NCBI GenBank assembly: GCA_910583845.1
Contig: CAJUAB010000003.1
Span: forward strand, 14,250-78,249
Direction of reading: 5' to 3'
Source: an uncultured Acetatifactor sp.
Lineage (GTDB): Bacteria; Bacillota; Clostridia; Lachnospirales; Lachnospiraceae
Length of the DNA stretch: 64,000 nucleotides
Both the position numbers and the translations under genes were made by a program. Position 1 is the first letter of the stretch. The number at the start of each line of letters is the position of its first letter. The notes beneath the pieces are model-generated. The model saw nothing but the letters and a program-made list of their open reading frames with translations, made no database searches and was not told the DNA's origin. Positions 10,304 to 19,693 of this stretch are shown one piece after another.

Positions 10304-10541
10304 AATCTCCTCACTCTGTATCCCACAGCACAGTCCCGAAACCCTGTGTGTCCTCCCTTTGATCCATTTTGCGCGGGGAATTGTGCGCCCCTGCGTCCTG
10401 ATCAAAAGAACCAGGCTCATTATAGCATACTTTTCCCGGAAAATCTCTAAAATTATCATAAATAGCAGGAAAACTTGGTTGATTTCACTTCCAAAGAATG
10501 ATACAATGTTTGGAAAGCGTTAATACAGGAGGCTATGTTTT

Positions 10542-11018
10542 ATGAAAACATATCAGATTGTTATACTTGTGGTACTTTTAGTACTTATAGCCGCAGTGGT
10601 GCTCTTATATTTTCTGGGCAAAAAGGCACAGAAAAAGCAGGCCGAGCAGCAGGAGATGCTGGAGCAGAACAAGCAGACGCTGTCTATGCTGATCATTGAC
10701 AAAAAGCGTATGAAAATCAAGGACTCCGGACTTCCACAGATGGTCATTGACCAGACGCCGAAGCTCATGCGCAATTCCAAGATGCCCATCATAAAGGCCA
10801 AAATCGGGCCCCAGATTATGTCGTTGATCTGTGATGAGAAGATTTTTGACAATGTGCCGGTGAAAAAGGAAGTTAAGGCAGTGGTCAGCGGCATCTATGT
10901 GCTGGATGTAAGGGGTCTGCACGGGAAATCCGAGAAAAAGCCGGAGAAAAAGAAGGGCTTCTTTAAAAAGCTCTGGGAGACCGCTCAAGAAAAAGCCGGT
11001 GCCAAACCCTTGAAATAA
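10542..11018 (+). CDS. Hypothetical single-pass membrane protein
   Basis: Strong RBS AGGAGG, N-terminal TM helix, Lys-rich tail; followed by a terminator. Confidence 0.8.
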   Translation: MKTYQIVILVVLLVLIAAVVLLYFLGKKAQKKQAEQQEMLEQNKQTLSMLIIDKKRMKIKDSGLPQMVIDQTPKLMRNSKMPIIKAKIGPQIMSLICDEKIFDNVPVKKEVKAVVSGIYVLDVRGLHGKSEKKPEKKKGFFKKLWETAQEKAGAKPLK

Positions 11019-11026
11019 CCATACAA

Positions 11027-11053
11027 AAACGGTCGGCGTAATGCCGGCCGTTT
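11027..11053. terminator. Bidirectional hairpin terminator between convergent genes
   Basis: AAACGGTCGGC-GTAAT-GCCGGCCGTTT. Confidence 0.7.
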
Positions 11054-11475
11054 CACTTAATATCCGCATTTTCTTCGCTCAGCAATCTATTTGCGTAGCT
11101 GCTGAGCGCTTCGCACGGTTCATATTTGGTTCTGTACCCAATGCCATCCATCACAAGAAACGGATTAAATGCCATGATTTGCGTCTGTGTGCCATCGGAC
11201 ATTGTGAGCGTGAAAGTAACGCCCTGACCGTTATACCCTGTGTAAGAGTTGTCTTCTTGATAGATAACCACATCTTGCAGATATTCAACCAATTCCTTTA
11301 TCTCAGCAATCTGAATCGTCTCATCCGGCGGTGTCAGCCGTACCGTTGCCGATCTGATCTGAGACGCATCCAAATTCCTGTATGGTTTTTTCCCTCCGCC
11401 AATCAATAAGGCCGTCCCCGCAGCACACAGCATCAACACACAGGTGATCAATACCGCACCGGTTTTTCTTTTCAT
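11053..11475 (-). CDS. Hypothetical secreted or membrane-anchored protein
   Basis: RBS GGGGAGG, start MKRKTG, N-terminal hydrophobic segment. Confidence 0.65.
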   Translation of the reverse strand: MKRKTGAVLITCVLMLCAAGTALLIGGGKKPYRNLDASQIRSATVRLTPPDETIQIAEIKELVEYLQDVVIYQEDNSYTGYNGQGVTFTLTMSDGTQTQIMAFNPFLVMDGIGYRTKYEPCEALSSYANRLLSEENADIK

Positions 11476-11586
11476 GATCAGCCTCCCCGTACTTCCATAG
11501 TCAGACATTTGTGACACTCCCGCTCAGAGCACAGGGATTGGTCCATATATGCAAAATACGGACGGCCTGCTACGGATTCAAAGCCC

Positions 11587-12057
11587 TCACAGGGCGTGGA
11601 TTCCCTGATTGTCTTCTCCCTTGCCCAGAATGCGGATTTCCATCCTGTTCTCAGAGACGGACTGCCCTTCCTGTCTGACCCCATATTCCAGCACCAGGAT
11701 AAACCTGTCCCTTTCCTCCGTAATTTCCAGTCCGTGGGTTTCCGTCTCCAGCAGCAGAGCGCCATAGGGAGTATGGTAGAAATCACAGTGACATTTTCCC
11801 GGCTCAAAGACCATCCTGGACGTTTTTTCCCCCCGGATCTGCCTCTCCAGAACAGTGCCCTTCCATTTCAGCATTACTTTATACGGTTTTTCCCACCCCT
11901 CCGGCTGTTCCTCATACAGGCAGTAGTGAGCGTCCCCTCTCTGATAATACTCCCCCTCCGTCTCCAGGCAGCCGCGCCGGACGCTTTCCCAGGAAGCCTC
12001 ATCTCCGGCCGGTCTGTTCATCATCCGAAAAAAAATCCGCACTCTCTGGTTTTTCAT
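11587..12057 (-). CDS. DUF1934 family beta-barrel protein
   Basis: EGEYY...LYEE and YHTPYG motifs typical of DUF1934; downstream of murI. Start reassigned to MKNQRV. Confidence 0.75.
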   Translation of the reverse strand: MKNQRVRIFFRMMNRPAGDEASWESVRRGCLETEGEYYQRGDAHYCLYEEQPEGWEKPYKVMLKWKGTVLERQIRGEKTSRMVFEPGKCHCDFYHTPYGALLLETETHGLEITEERDRFILVLEYGVRQEGQSVSENRMEIRILGKGEDNQGIHAL

Positions 12058-12103
12058 CTTTCCTCTCTCCCGCATGTCCCGGAAAATACCTTGGTATCGT
12101 GTC

Positions 12104-12943
12104 TCAGTACTCCTCAATATGTATGGTCTTTGCGGACAAAATCCCATATTTAATGATGGAATTTGCGAAGTTCTTAAATTTCTCCGCCATGTCGCTGACA
12201 TAGAACTGGTACTGGTTTTCCCCCAGCGCAGGCGCATGGTCCCCCAGCAGCCCCTTGCGCGCCAACAGTTCTTTCAGTTCTCTGGCTGTCTCGTAGGCCG
12301 GATTGACCAGAGTCACTTTTTCTCCCATGATCCGGCCAAGGGTGGAGCGAATCAACGGGTAATGGGTACACCCCAGGATCAATGTATCTATATCCAGGTC
12401 TATCAGCTCCGTCAGATACCGCTTCGCGATCTCGTCCGTCACCGGGTCCACCCACAATCCTTCCTCCACCAGGGGGACAAACAGCGGGCAGGCCTTCCCA
12501 TAGATTGTCACGTCCTTGTTCAGCTTTGTTATGTACTGGTTATAGATCTTGCTGCCGATCGTAGCTTCCGTGGCAATCACGCCGATCCTGCCGTTGCGCG
12601 TGACTTCACTGGCTACCCTGGCGCCGGGCTTTACCACGCCTATGACGGGGATATCGCTCTCCCTCTCCAGTTCGTCCAGCGCATAGGCGCTGGCCGTGTT
12701 GCAGGCCACCACAATGGTTTTGACCTGAAAAGTATTCAGGAACCGGACAATCTGTTTGGAAAACCGGGTCACTGTCTCCCCGGATTTGCTTCCGTAAGGC
12801 ACCCGGGCCGTATCGCCAAAGTAGATGATTTTTTCGTTGGGGATCTGACGCATGATCTCCCGGACCACCGTCAATCCCCCCACTCCCGAGTCAAAGACAC
12901 CAATCGGCGCATTCTTATCCGTGTGTTGCCATTCTACTGTCAT
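12104..12943 (-). CDS. murI: Glutamate racemase
   Basis: PIGVFDSGVGGLTV, DTARVPYG, VACNTAS, LGCTHYP. Confidence 0.96.
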   Translation of the reverse strand: MTVEWQHTDKNAPIGVFDSGVGGLTVVREIMRQIPNEKIIYFGDTARVPYGSKSGETVTRFSKQIVRFLNTFQVKTIVVACNTASAYALDELERESDIPVIGVVKPGARVASEVTRNGRIGVIATEATIGSKIYNQYITKLNKDVTIYGKACPLFVPLVEEGLWVDPVTDEIAKRYLTELIDLDIDTLILGCTHYPLIRSTLGRIMGEKVTLVNPAYETARELKELLARKGLLGDHAPALGENQYQFYVSDMAEKFKNFANSIIKYGILSAKTIHIEEY

Positions 12944-12980
12944 TTCTACTCCTATCCGCTGTTTCGGTCCCCCGAATTTC

Positions 12981-13241
12981 TCATGATTTCCAGATTTTTC
13001 CCAGCAGTTCCAGCAGCCTGCTGCGATAACGGACCTGCCCCGGTTCCGCCTCCCGCAGGGCACGATAAATCTGCTGCGCCGTCATCTGATCGGCCTGTTT
13101 CTGCACTTCCTCCCCCGCTTCATCCTCACAGACCACATTGCAGGTGTCCGATGTGATCAGAATATCGGGGTATACCAGCCCCCAGCAGCCCATATACAGG
13201 CAGAGACATAACGCAAGACTTACGATCCGTATTTTTTCCAT
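12981..13241 (-). CDS. Small secreted protein resembling the SpoIIR C-terminus
   Basis: 86 aa with a signal-like N-terminus. CWGLVYPDIL and terminal VRYRSRLLELL echo the SpoIIR WWCV.YP.LC and KFK..E motifs. A sigmaF-type promoter lies upstream. Confidence 0.5.
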   Translation of the reverse strand: MEKIRIVSLALCLCLYMGCWGLVYPDILITSDTCNVVCEDEAGEEVQKQADQMTAQQIYRALREAEPGQVRYRSRLLELLGKIWKS

Positions 13242-13295
13242 AGCCAATACTCCATTCCGGGATACCTTCCTTGGGCGGAAGCATTCCCTACACAG

Positions 13296-13325
13296 AGTTA
13301 TTGCCATAGATCAGGCTGTTTATAC
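13296..13325 (-). promoter_or_regulatory. Putative sigmaF/sigmaG promoter
   Basis: GTATA-N15-GGCAATAACT versus consensus GYATA-N15-GGnnAnAHTR. Confidence 0.55.
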
Positions 13326-13337
13326 ATGTGACGCGCA

Positions 13338-14021
13338 TCAGCGCTTTTTCTTTTCACTGCGGATCTGCGCGATAATCGCTTTCTTCTGATTATCTATATG
13401 CACGTGGGCGGCCTGACTTGCCGCCTCTTTGTCTTTTTTTACAATGCTGTCGTAAATCATCCTGTGCTCGTCAACCAGGCGTTGATGCTGGCTGATATCC
13501 TTGATATACTCAAAGCGGTAACGGTACATCTGTTCCGACAGATTGTTGATCAGCTGCACCAGACGCTGATTGCCCGTGGCCTGCACGATAATATCATGGA
13601 GCTCCACATCCGCCCTGGCCACCTTCTTGATCTCTCTGGTCCGCACCGCCTCCTCAAAGGCCTCACAGGCCTGTTTCAGCCGCGCAAGGTCCTCTCCGGT
13701 AATCCTCTCGCAGGCCAGCTCCACACAGAGAGCGTCCAACGCTCGGCGGACTTCCAGCACATCGTTCATGCTCTTTTCCGTGATCTGGGCCACCTCCGCT
13801 CCCCTTCTGGGAATCATGGTCACCAGTCCCTCCAGCTCCAGCTTGCGGATGGCTTCCCGTATAGGTGTGCGGCTGACGCCCAGCTTGTTGGCCAGATGAA
13901 TCTCCATCAGTCTCTCGCCGGGCTTTAACTCCCCCGTCAGTATGGCCTGTCGCAGAGTGTTGAACACCACATCCCTCAGAGGCAAAAATTCATTCATCTG
14001 CATGCTCAGATTGTCCTGCAT
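13338..14021 (-). CDS. GntR family (FadR/FCD) transcriptional regulator
   Basis: wHTH LKPGERLME..LA..LGVSRTPIREA plus an FCD domain. Confidence 0.92.
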   Translation of the reverse strand: MQDNLSMQMNEFLPLRDVVFNTLRQAILTGELKPGERLMEIHLANKLGVSRTPIREAIRKLELEGLVTMIPRRGAEVAQITEKSMNDVLEVRRALDALCVELACERITGEDLARLKQACEAFEEAVRTREIKKVARADVELHDIIVQATGNQRLVQLINNLSEQMYRYRFEYIKDISQHQRLVDEHRMIYDSIVKKDKEAASQAAHVHIDNQKKAIIAQIRSEKKKR

Positions 14022-14140
14022 AGAACACCCTCCTAATCTGCTGCACCGCTGCTATGCGATGGTTCTAAAGGGTAAAGCGCCTTTGCTGATTTACCGTCTC
14101 AGAGCCCGTTTGGAAATCTACCGTTTCACACTCCGCAGTC

Positions 14141-15013
14141 TCACACGAACTCCGTCACAAAAAGTTCACTGGCCAGCCCCGTCTCCCGCAGACAGTCCCC
14201 GGCGGCACCGGCCTGCTCCTGACTGCCATAGATGCCAAACACCGTGGGGCCGCTGCCGCTCATCAGGCTGCCCATTGCGCCGTTTGCCATCATTTCCCGC
14301 TTGATTCGCCCGATTACCGGACAGGCCTCCATTGTCACCGTCTCCAGAACGTTTCCCAGACGGTCCGCAATCCCTGTCAGATCGCCGGTTTCAATGGCGG
14401 AACGCATTCCGTCAATATCCGGATGGTGCCCTATTTCCCGTGCGTCCAGCTGCTCATAGACATACTTTGTAGACACCTGAATATCCGGTTTCGCAACCAG
14501 GAGGCCGCACGGCGGCGCCGGTGTCAGGGGGGTCAGCAATTCCCCGATTCCCTCCGCCAGAGCCGTACCGCCCATGATACAGTAAGGCACATCCGCTCCG
14601 ATGCATACCCCCAGCTGCCGCAGCTGTTCCCGGGACAGTCCAAGGGCAAACAGTTCGTTCAACCCCAGCAGAGCGGCAGCCGCATCGCTGCTGCCCCCGG
14701 CCATACCCGCCGCTATGGGGATGTGTTTCTCCAGATGAATGTCTACCCCCTCTTTCACGCCGCCGGCTTCCATCAGCAGCCGCGCCGCCCTGTAGATCAG
14801 ATTGTCCTCGCCTGTGGGCAATTCCCCGCCCTCCACGGAAATCCGGATTCCGCTCCGCGCGGCGGTAAATGTCAGCACATCGTAAATCCCCACTGTCTGC
14901 ATGATCATCCGCACCAGGTGATAGCCGTTCTCAAGACGGCCTGTCACATCCAGTCCCAGATTGATTTTGGCATATGCCTTCCGTATTATGGTATCTTTAT
15001 GTGGATTCATCAT
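14141..15013 (-). CDS. ispE: 4-(cytidine 5'-diphospho)-2-C-methyl-D-erythritol kinase
   Basis: AYAKINLGLDV, KHIPIAAGMAGGSSDAA, GADVPY, MSGSGPTVF. Confidence 0.95.
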   Translation of the reverse strand: MMNPHKDTIIRKAYAKINLGLDVTGRLENGYHLVRMIMQTVGIYDVLTFTAARSGIRISVEGGELPTGEDNLIYRAARLLMEAGGVKEGVDIHLEKHIPIAAGMAGGSSDAAAALLGLNELFALGLSREQLRQLGVCIGADVPYCIMGGTALAEGIGELLTPLTPAPPCGLLVAKPDIQVSTKYVYEQLDAREIGHHPDIDGMRSAIETGDLTGIADRLGNVLETVTMEACPVIGRIKREMMANGAMGSLMSGSGPTVFGIYGSQEQAGAAGDCLRETGLASELFVTEFV

Positions 15014-15201
15014 AACAGCCCTTCTCCCATCGGCCCGGGGAACCACCGGGCCATGTACTTCAGATGCATTTTGTATACATAGATTGTACTAAATTATATA
15101 CAATATTTGTGATTTTGTCAATGCGCAGCGCCTTGCTTTTGAAGCTGAAGAATATTTTTATAGAATCTCCCAAAGATTTTAAAGAAAAAGATTTACATCT
15201 A

Positions 15202-15228
15202 TAAATATTTCATGTTTTTTGCCGAAAT
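15202..15228 (+). promoter_or_regulatory. Putative sigma28 (FliA/SigD) promoter
   Basis: TAAA-N15-GCCGAAAT, one mismatch from TAAA-N15-GCCGATAT. Confidence 0.65.
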
Positions 15229-15311
15229 ATACCATACAAGTATCTGTATCGATACCGCATCACGGATGATGCGAATACAACAGGCGCTATGGCGCCGGAA
15301 AGAAGGTCAAT

Positions 15312-15911
15312 ATGAATGTAAACGGAGTTACATCAACACAGGCCGCCTATAGCAGCTACTCATCCGCTGCCAGGGAAACCACGGCTGCTGAGACCGCGAA
15401 GAACACTGCCGCCGCTGAAAGTTCAGGGGTGGTATATGAGCACTCCGCGGACACCACGGCTTCTGTCAAGAAGACCTACAAGCCCAATACCAGCGTGATC
15501 AATCAGCTGAAGGCGGACGCAGAGGCCCGCACCTCCCAGTTGAGAAGCCTGGTAGAGCAGATGATGACCAAGCAGTCCACTGCTTACGGGCAGGCCAACG
15601 ATATCTGGCAGTTCCTGCGCAGCGGCAACTACAAGGTTGATCCCGCCACCCGTCTACAGGCTCAGAAGGACATTGCGGAGGATGGTTACTGGGGGGTAAA
15701 GCAGACCTCGGACCGTATCTTAAGTTTTGCCACGGCATTGACCGGCGGCGATCCCGACAAGATCGAAGAGATGAAGGCCGCTTTTGAGAAGGGCTACAAG
15801 AAAGCGGAGCAGACCTGGGGCGGCAAACTGCCCGGCATCTGCCAGCAGACCTATGACGCTGTTCTGTCAGGCTTTGACAAGATGGCTGTAGACCCGGGCG
15901 ATCAGCAGTAG
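15312..15911 (+). CDS. Hypothetical protein (DUF5610-like), probable flagellar-regulon gene
   Basis: Ser/Thr/Ala-rich low-complexity N-terminus, and a C-terminal EDGYWGVKQTSDRI..FA..L.GGD motif. Sigma28 promoter upstream, terminators downstream. Confidence 0.7.
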   Translation: MNVNGVTSTQAAYSSYSSAARETTAAETAKNTAAAESSGVVYEHSADTTASVKKTYKPNTSVINQLKADAEARTSQLRSLVEQMMTKQSTAYGQANDIWQFLRSGNYKVDPATRLQAQKDIAEDGYWGVKQTSDRILSFATALTGGDPDKIEEMKAAFEKGYKKAEQTWGGKLPGICQQTYDAVLSGFDKMAVDPGDQQ

Positions 15912-15970
15912 AATCCATGCATTGTAGGGATTCTACTGTTGTGAACAGGATCAGCTGACACAGCAGGGTG

Positions 15971-16013
15971 AAAGCGCCGCCCGATTACCCGGCAGGTAAT
16001 CGGGCGGTGCTTT
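15971..16013 (+). terminator. Hairpin terminator after the 15312 gene
   Basis: AAAGCGCCGCCCGATTACC-CGGCA-GGTAATCGGGCGGTGCTTT. Confidence 0.75.
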
Positions 16014-16189
16014 CTGTTATCGCTCCCTCAGAAGACTATACAAATATCGACGATAGCGAAACTCGCTTTCTGGAAACAGAGACTGGGCAGGGTTTCACAA
16101 TCGCCTGCGTTACCTATCCAGACTGCCGGACAGGTCATCACAATTTCTGTGTTCCGAATATTCACGGAGGGTGTATTTTTATTGTCAAA

Positions 16190-16221
16190 ATAAACAGGAG
16201 TGCCGGGTCACTCCTGTTTAT
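16190..16221 (-). terminator. Terminator downstream of the SPOCS/LysM gene
   Basis: ATAAACAGGAGTG-CCGGGT-CACTCCTGTTTAT, followed by a T tract on the minus strand. Confidence 0.75.
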
Positions 16222-16293
16222 CAGTCTCCTATTTGAAGCGTCGGTTCGCCATATCCGATCGGATGCCGCAAACCCTGATTACTATATGACAAT

Positions 16294-17856
16294 CTACGCC
16301 ATGCCGCCCTTCACCACCAACAGCTTCTGCCCCGGCGTCAGTTCATCGCCGGTGAGTTCGTTGAGTTCCCGCAGTCGTTCCACCGGCAGATAATAGCGTT
16401 TGCCGATATTCCACAGATTATCGCCGGGCTTTACAATATAAATGGTCATGCCGGGCAGCGTACCCAGCTTATGGGTATCCAGAGGGGCCGCTATCACATC
16501 CCCGATCAGTTCCAGCGGAATATTCCGGAAAGCGATGGTGCCAAAGACCAGCACTGCTTTCACGTCCATCTCCTCCCCGTCCAGCATGGTCACCTGCAGC
16601 TGTTCCACACTGCATTTCACATCACAGATATCTTCTTTCTCCAGGCCCGGGATCTCCAGCGTATAATGATAAGGAATCTGCGCCGTCGTGCTGGCATAGG
16701 GCGTATCGTCCGCCCCGGTGATATAGAGAACCTTTACCTGCAGACTCCCCCAAAGCTCCAGCCCCGCCTCCGTCACTTCCTGACGGTCAGGCTGAACCAT
16801 GCCCTGACTGTGCAGCAGCTGCAGGATACCCGCATCCCTGTTTTGAACGCGCACATGGTCACTCACCTTCATCTTTCCGTTCACTCTGGACAGAAGACGC
16901 CGCAGGGACGCAGGTCTGCTGATGGTGGTCAGTTCTTTGGTCACTCCGTAGATATCCGTCAGAATCTCCGTCTGTTCCTCCTCATAAAGCCGTATATCGA
17001 TATCCAGCACTGTCTCCAGGCCGATGATCCGCTCCTCTCCGTCCAGGTCCGGGCGGATATCCAGCTCCTGCTGTCCCATCATAAACTGGATGTCGGGAAT
17101 CATGCCGTCCTTACAGCCATGGCATTCCATCATGCCGCTGAAAGGCAGGGTAGTCTCAAAAGAGCGTACGGGATGCTCCTCCCCCTCGCCCTCATACAGC
17201 AAAAAGAGATGCAGATCTCCTTGCAGCGAAAGTTTTTCCTCCAGCGGCTTGCACTCCACATCGTCCAGAGTCAGACTGCTCCACAGAATCTGAAACATAT
17301 TCGGATAGCTGGCGGGGAGGGTGACCTCTTCCTTCATTCTGAAAATATCGTTCTTACAGATGGCAATCTGGGCTACTTCCACCGGGGTGCGCCGATACTC
17401 CGCGCTGTCCTCCCCGTAGAGACCGATGGGCGCCTCCTCGTCATAGAGCTCCTGCACCAGGGCTGTGAGCATCACCACGGCCTGAATACTGAGTTTTCGG
17501 GAATTGATGATCCCCACGCTCAGGTCCTCCAGCGTATTCTGCACATGCACCATATCACTCCCCTGGACGCCCTGCATATTGATTTTTTCCTCGAAGGGGA
17601 TCTTGCCCTCCAGCGTCACCAGGCCGCAGCCCTCCTCCTGCGTGTGGTACAGCACCGCAAAGCACAGACGCCCCCGCACCTGCACATAATCCGTGTAGGG
17701 CTTTACCTCGTCGATCATCACGGAGGCCCTGTCAAAGCACAGGCTGTTCACATCCGGCTTCTGGTCCGGAATATTCATATCCTCCTCCAGCGTAATCTGG
17801 GATACAGCCTGGGTTCTCACGCGGTCCATATGTATATTTTTCTTGATCAGTTCCAC
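16294..17856 (-). CDS. SPOCS (DUF3794) repeats + LysM spore coat morphogenetic protein (SipL-like)
   Basis: Three SPOCS-like repeats and a C-terminal LysM (IYIVKPGDNLWNIGKRY); positioned near ispE. Confidence 0.88.
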   Translation of the reverse strand: MELIKKNIHMDRVRTQAVSQITLEEDMNIPDQKPDVNSLCFDRASVMIDEVKPYTDYVQVRGRLCFAVLYHTQEEGCGLVTLEGKIPFEEKINMQGVQGSDMVHVQNTLEDLSVGIINSRKLSIQAVVMLTALVQELYDEEAPIGLYGEDSAEYRRTPVEVAQIAICKNDIFRMKEEVTLPASYPNMFQILWSSLTLDDVECKPLEEKLSLQGDLHLFLLYEGEGEEHPVRSFETTLPFSGMMECHGCKDGMIPDIQFMMGQQELDIRPDLDGEERIIGLETVLDIDIRLYEEEQTEILTDIYGVTKELTTISRPASLRRLLSRVNGKMKVSDHVRVQNRDAGILQLLHSQGMVQPDRQEVTEAGLELWGSLQVKVLYITGADDTPYASTTAQIPYHYTLEIPGLEKEDICDVKCSVEQLQVTMLDGEEMDVKAVLVFGTIAFRNIPLELIGDVIAAPLDTHKLGTLPGMTIYIVKPGDNLWNIGKRYYLPVERLRELNELTGDELTPGQKLLVVKGGMA

Positions 17857-17927
17857 AAAAAAACTACCTCCTGTTTGCCCCTCCGCAGATTCCCGGGAGA
17901 ATCCGCGGAGAATTATACTTATTAGTA

Positions 17928-17956
17928 TATTTATGAAGGCAGTTTCTGCTTTATTC
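17928..17956 (-). promoter_or_regulatory. Putative sigmaE promoter of the SipL-like gene
   Basis: GAATA-N16-CATAAATA versus sigmaE consensus ATa-N16-18-cATAcanT. Confidence 0.5.
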
Positions 17957-17980
17957 CTGAAATTTGCGGACTCTCCCGCT

Positions 17981-18886
17981 CTACTCCACGGCCCCGATCA
18001 GGTCGGTGATCTTTTCCACATGATAGTCCCGCATATACGCTTCGATTCCCTCGATGACCTTTACCGTGGTGCAGGGGTCCACAAAGTTCATGGCTCCCAC
18101 GCTGACCGCCGTGGCCCCCGCCAGAATAAACTCAATGGCATCCTCCGCCGTGGCGATCCCGCCCATGCCGATCACGGGAATCTTTACGGCGTGGGCGGCC
18201 TGGTACACCATGCGCACCGCCACGGGTTTGATGGCGGGGCCGCTCATGCCTCCGGTCTTGTTGGCCAGCGCAAAACAGCGGCGGTGAATGTCGATCTTCA
18301 TACCCGTGAGCGTGTTGATCAGGGAGAGCGCGTCCGCCCCCGCCGCCTCCGCCGCCCGGGCCATCTCAGCGATATCCGTCACATTGGGACTGAGTTTCAT
18401 GATGATGGGCTGTCTGGCTTTCTTCCGGATCTGCTCCGTGATATGGTACAGCGCCTCCGCTTTCTGTCCGAAAGCAATGGCCCCCTCCTTCACATTGGGG
18501 CAGGACACATTGATCTCCAGCATGGACACCGCGGACTCCTGCGCCAGCTTCTCCACCACCTCCAGATAGTCCTCTACGGTCTTGCCGCACACATTCACGA
18601 TTATTTTTGTATCGAACTGCTTAAGGAAGGGAATGTCTCTCTCCAGAAATACATCAATGCCGGGATTCTGCAGGCCGATGGCATTGAGCATGCCGCCGTA
18701 GACCTCCGCCACTCTGGGCGTGGGATTGCCTGGCCAGGGCATGTTGGCCACCCCCTTGGTCACCACCGCGCCCAGACGGCTTAAATCCACGAACTCGCCG
18801 TACTCCATGCCCGAGCCAAAGGTACCGGAACCTGTCATCACCGGATTTTTCAATGATACGCCCGCTATATTCACCTGTGTGTTCAT
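17981..18886 (-). CDS. pyrD: Dihydroorotate dehydrogenase B, catalytic subunit
   Basis: GNPTPRV, NAIGLQNPG, EINVSCPN, LINT, GGMSGPAIKP. Confidence 0.95.
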   Translation of the reverse strand: MNTQVNIAGVSLKNPVMTGSGTFGSGMEYGEFVDLSRLGAVVTKGVANMPWPGNPTPRVAEVYGGMLNAIGLQNPGIDVFLERDIPFLKQFDTKIIVNVCGKTVEDYLEVVEKLAQESAVSMLEINVSCPNVKEGAIAFGQKAEALYHITEQIRKKARQPIIMKLSPNVTDIAEMARAAEAAGADALSLINTLTGMKIDIHRRCFALANKTGGMSGPAIKPVAVRMVYQAAHAVKIPVIGMGGIATAEDAIEFILAGATAVSVGAMNFVDPCTTVKVIEGIEAYMRDYHVEKITDLIGAVE

Positions 18887-19656
18887 CAGATGTCCACCTC
18901 CTCCGCGTCAAAAACCGGCCCGTCCGTACAGATGCGGGCATTGTGTACATGGGAATGGCGATCCACCTCTTTCGTCTTTACCACACAGCCCAGGCAGGCC
19001 CCCACGCCGCAGGCCATATGCTCCTCCAGGGAGATATACGCCCTGATCCCCTGCCGCCTGGCATACTCCTTGACGGCGCGCAGCATGGGCATGGGACCGC
19101 AGGCATAGATCACATCGGCCTTGAGTCCGTTCTCCTCTATGGCATCCAGCACATTGCCCTTGGTGCCCCGGCTGCCGTCCTCCGTGGCCACATAGACCCT
19201 GCCGTATTTTCCGAAGTCTTCCGCCAGAAACAGATTGCCGTCCCGATAGCCCATGATCATGGACTTGTCGGCCTCCAGCTCCCTGGCCAGCTGCAGCATG
19301 GGAGGAATGCCGATGCCGCCCCCCATCAGAAAGCAGCGCTTTCCCCTGCCCGCCTCCAGAGGAAAGCCGTTGCCCAACGTGCCCAGAATATCGATGGAAT
19401 CGTTCTCTTTCAGAGTGGAAAATTCCGCCGTACCCTTACCGGCAATGCGGTAGACAATGCGCAGAGCCGTCCTCTCCCCGTTGACCTCGCAGATGCTGAT
19501 AGGCCGGGGCAGCAAAGTGGCGGCGTTTTTCGGATATACGCCGATAAACTGGCCGGGTTTTGCCTGGGCCGCCAGACCGCTCTCCAGCCACAGATCATAG
19601 ATGCGCGGGGCAATCTCCCGCTGGGAGAGTACCTTCGCCGTGGTTTTTTCTTTCAT
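18886..19656 (-). CDS. pyrK: Dihydroorotate dehydrogenase electron transfer subunit
   Basis: LPRPISI, GGGIGIPP, ACGP, MACGVGACLGC, RICTDGPVF. Confidence 0.95.
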   Translation of the reverse strand: MKEKTTAKVLSQREIAPRIYDLWLESGLAAQAKPGQFIGVYPKNAATLLPRPISICEVNGERTALRIVYRIAGKGTAEFSTLKENDSIDILGTLGNGFPLEAGRGKRCFLMGGGIGIPPMLQLARELEADKSMIMGYRDGNLFLAEDFGKYGRVYVATEDGSRGTKGNVLDAIEENGLKADVIYACGPMPMLRAVKEYARRQGIRAYISLEEHMACGVGACLGCVVKTKEVDRHSHVHNARICTDGPVFDAEEVDI

Positions 19657-19693
19657 GAAATATCTCCTCTCGTTTTTTATATCCCACAGATGA

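Noticed and set aside
15968..16393. 141-aa plus-strand ORF
   Set aside because: Runs through two terminator hairpins and overlaps the SipL-like gene; no RBS or recognisable motifs.
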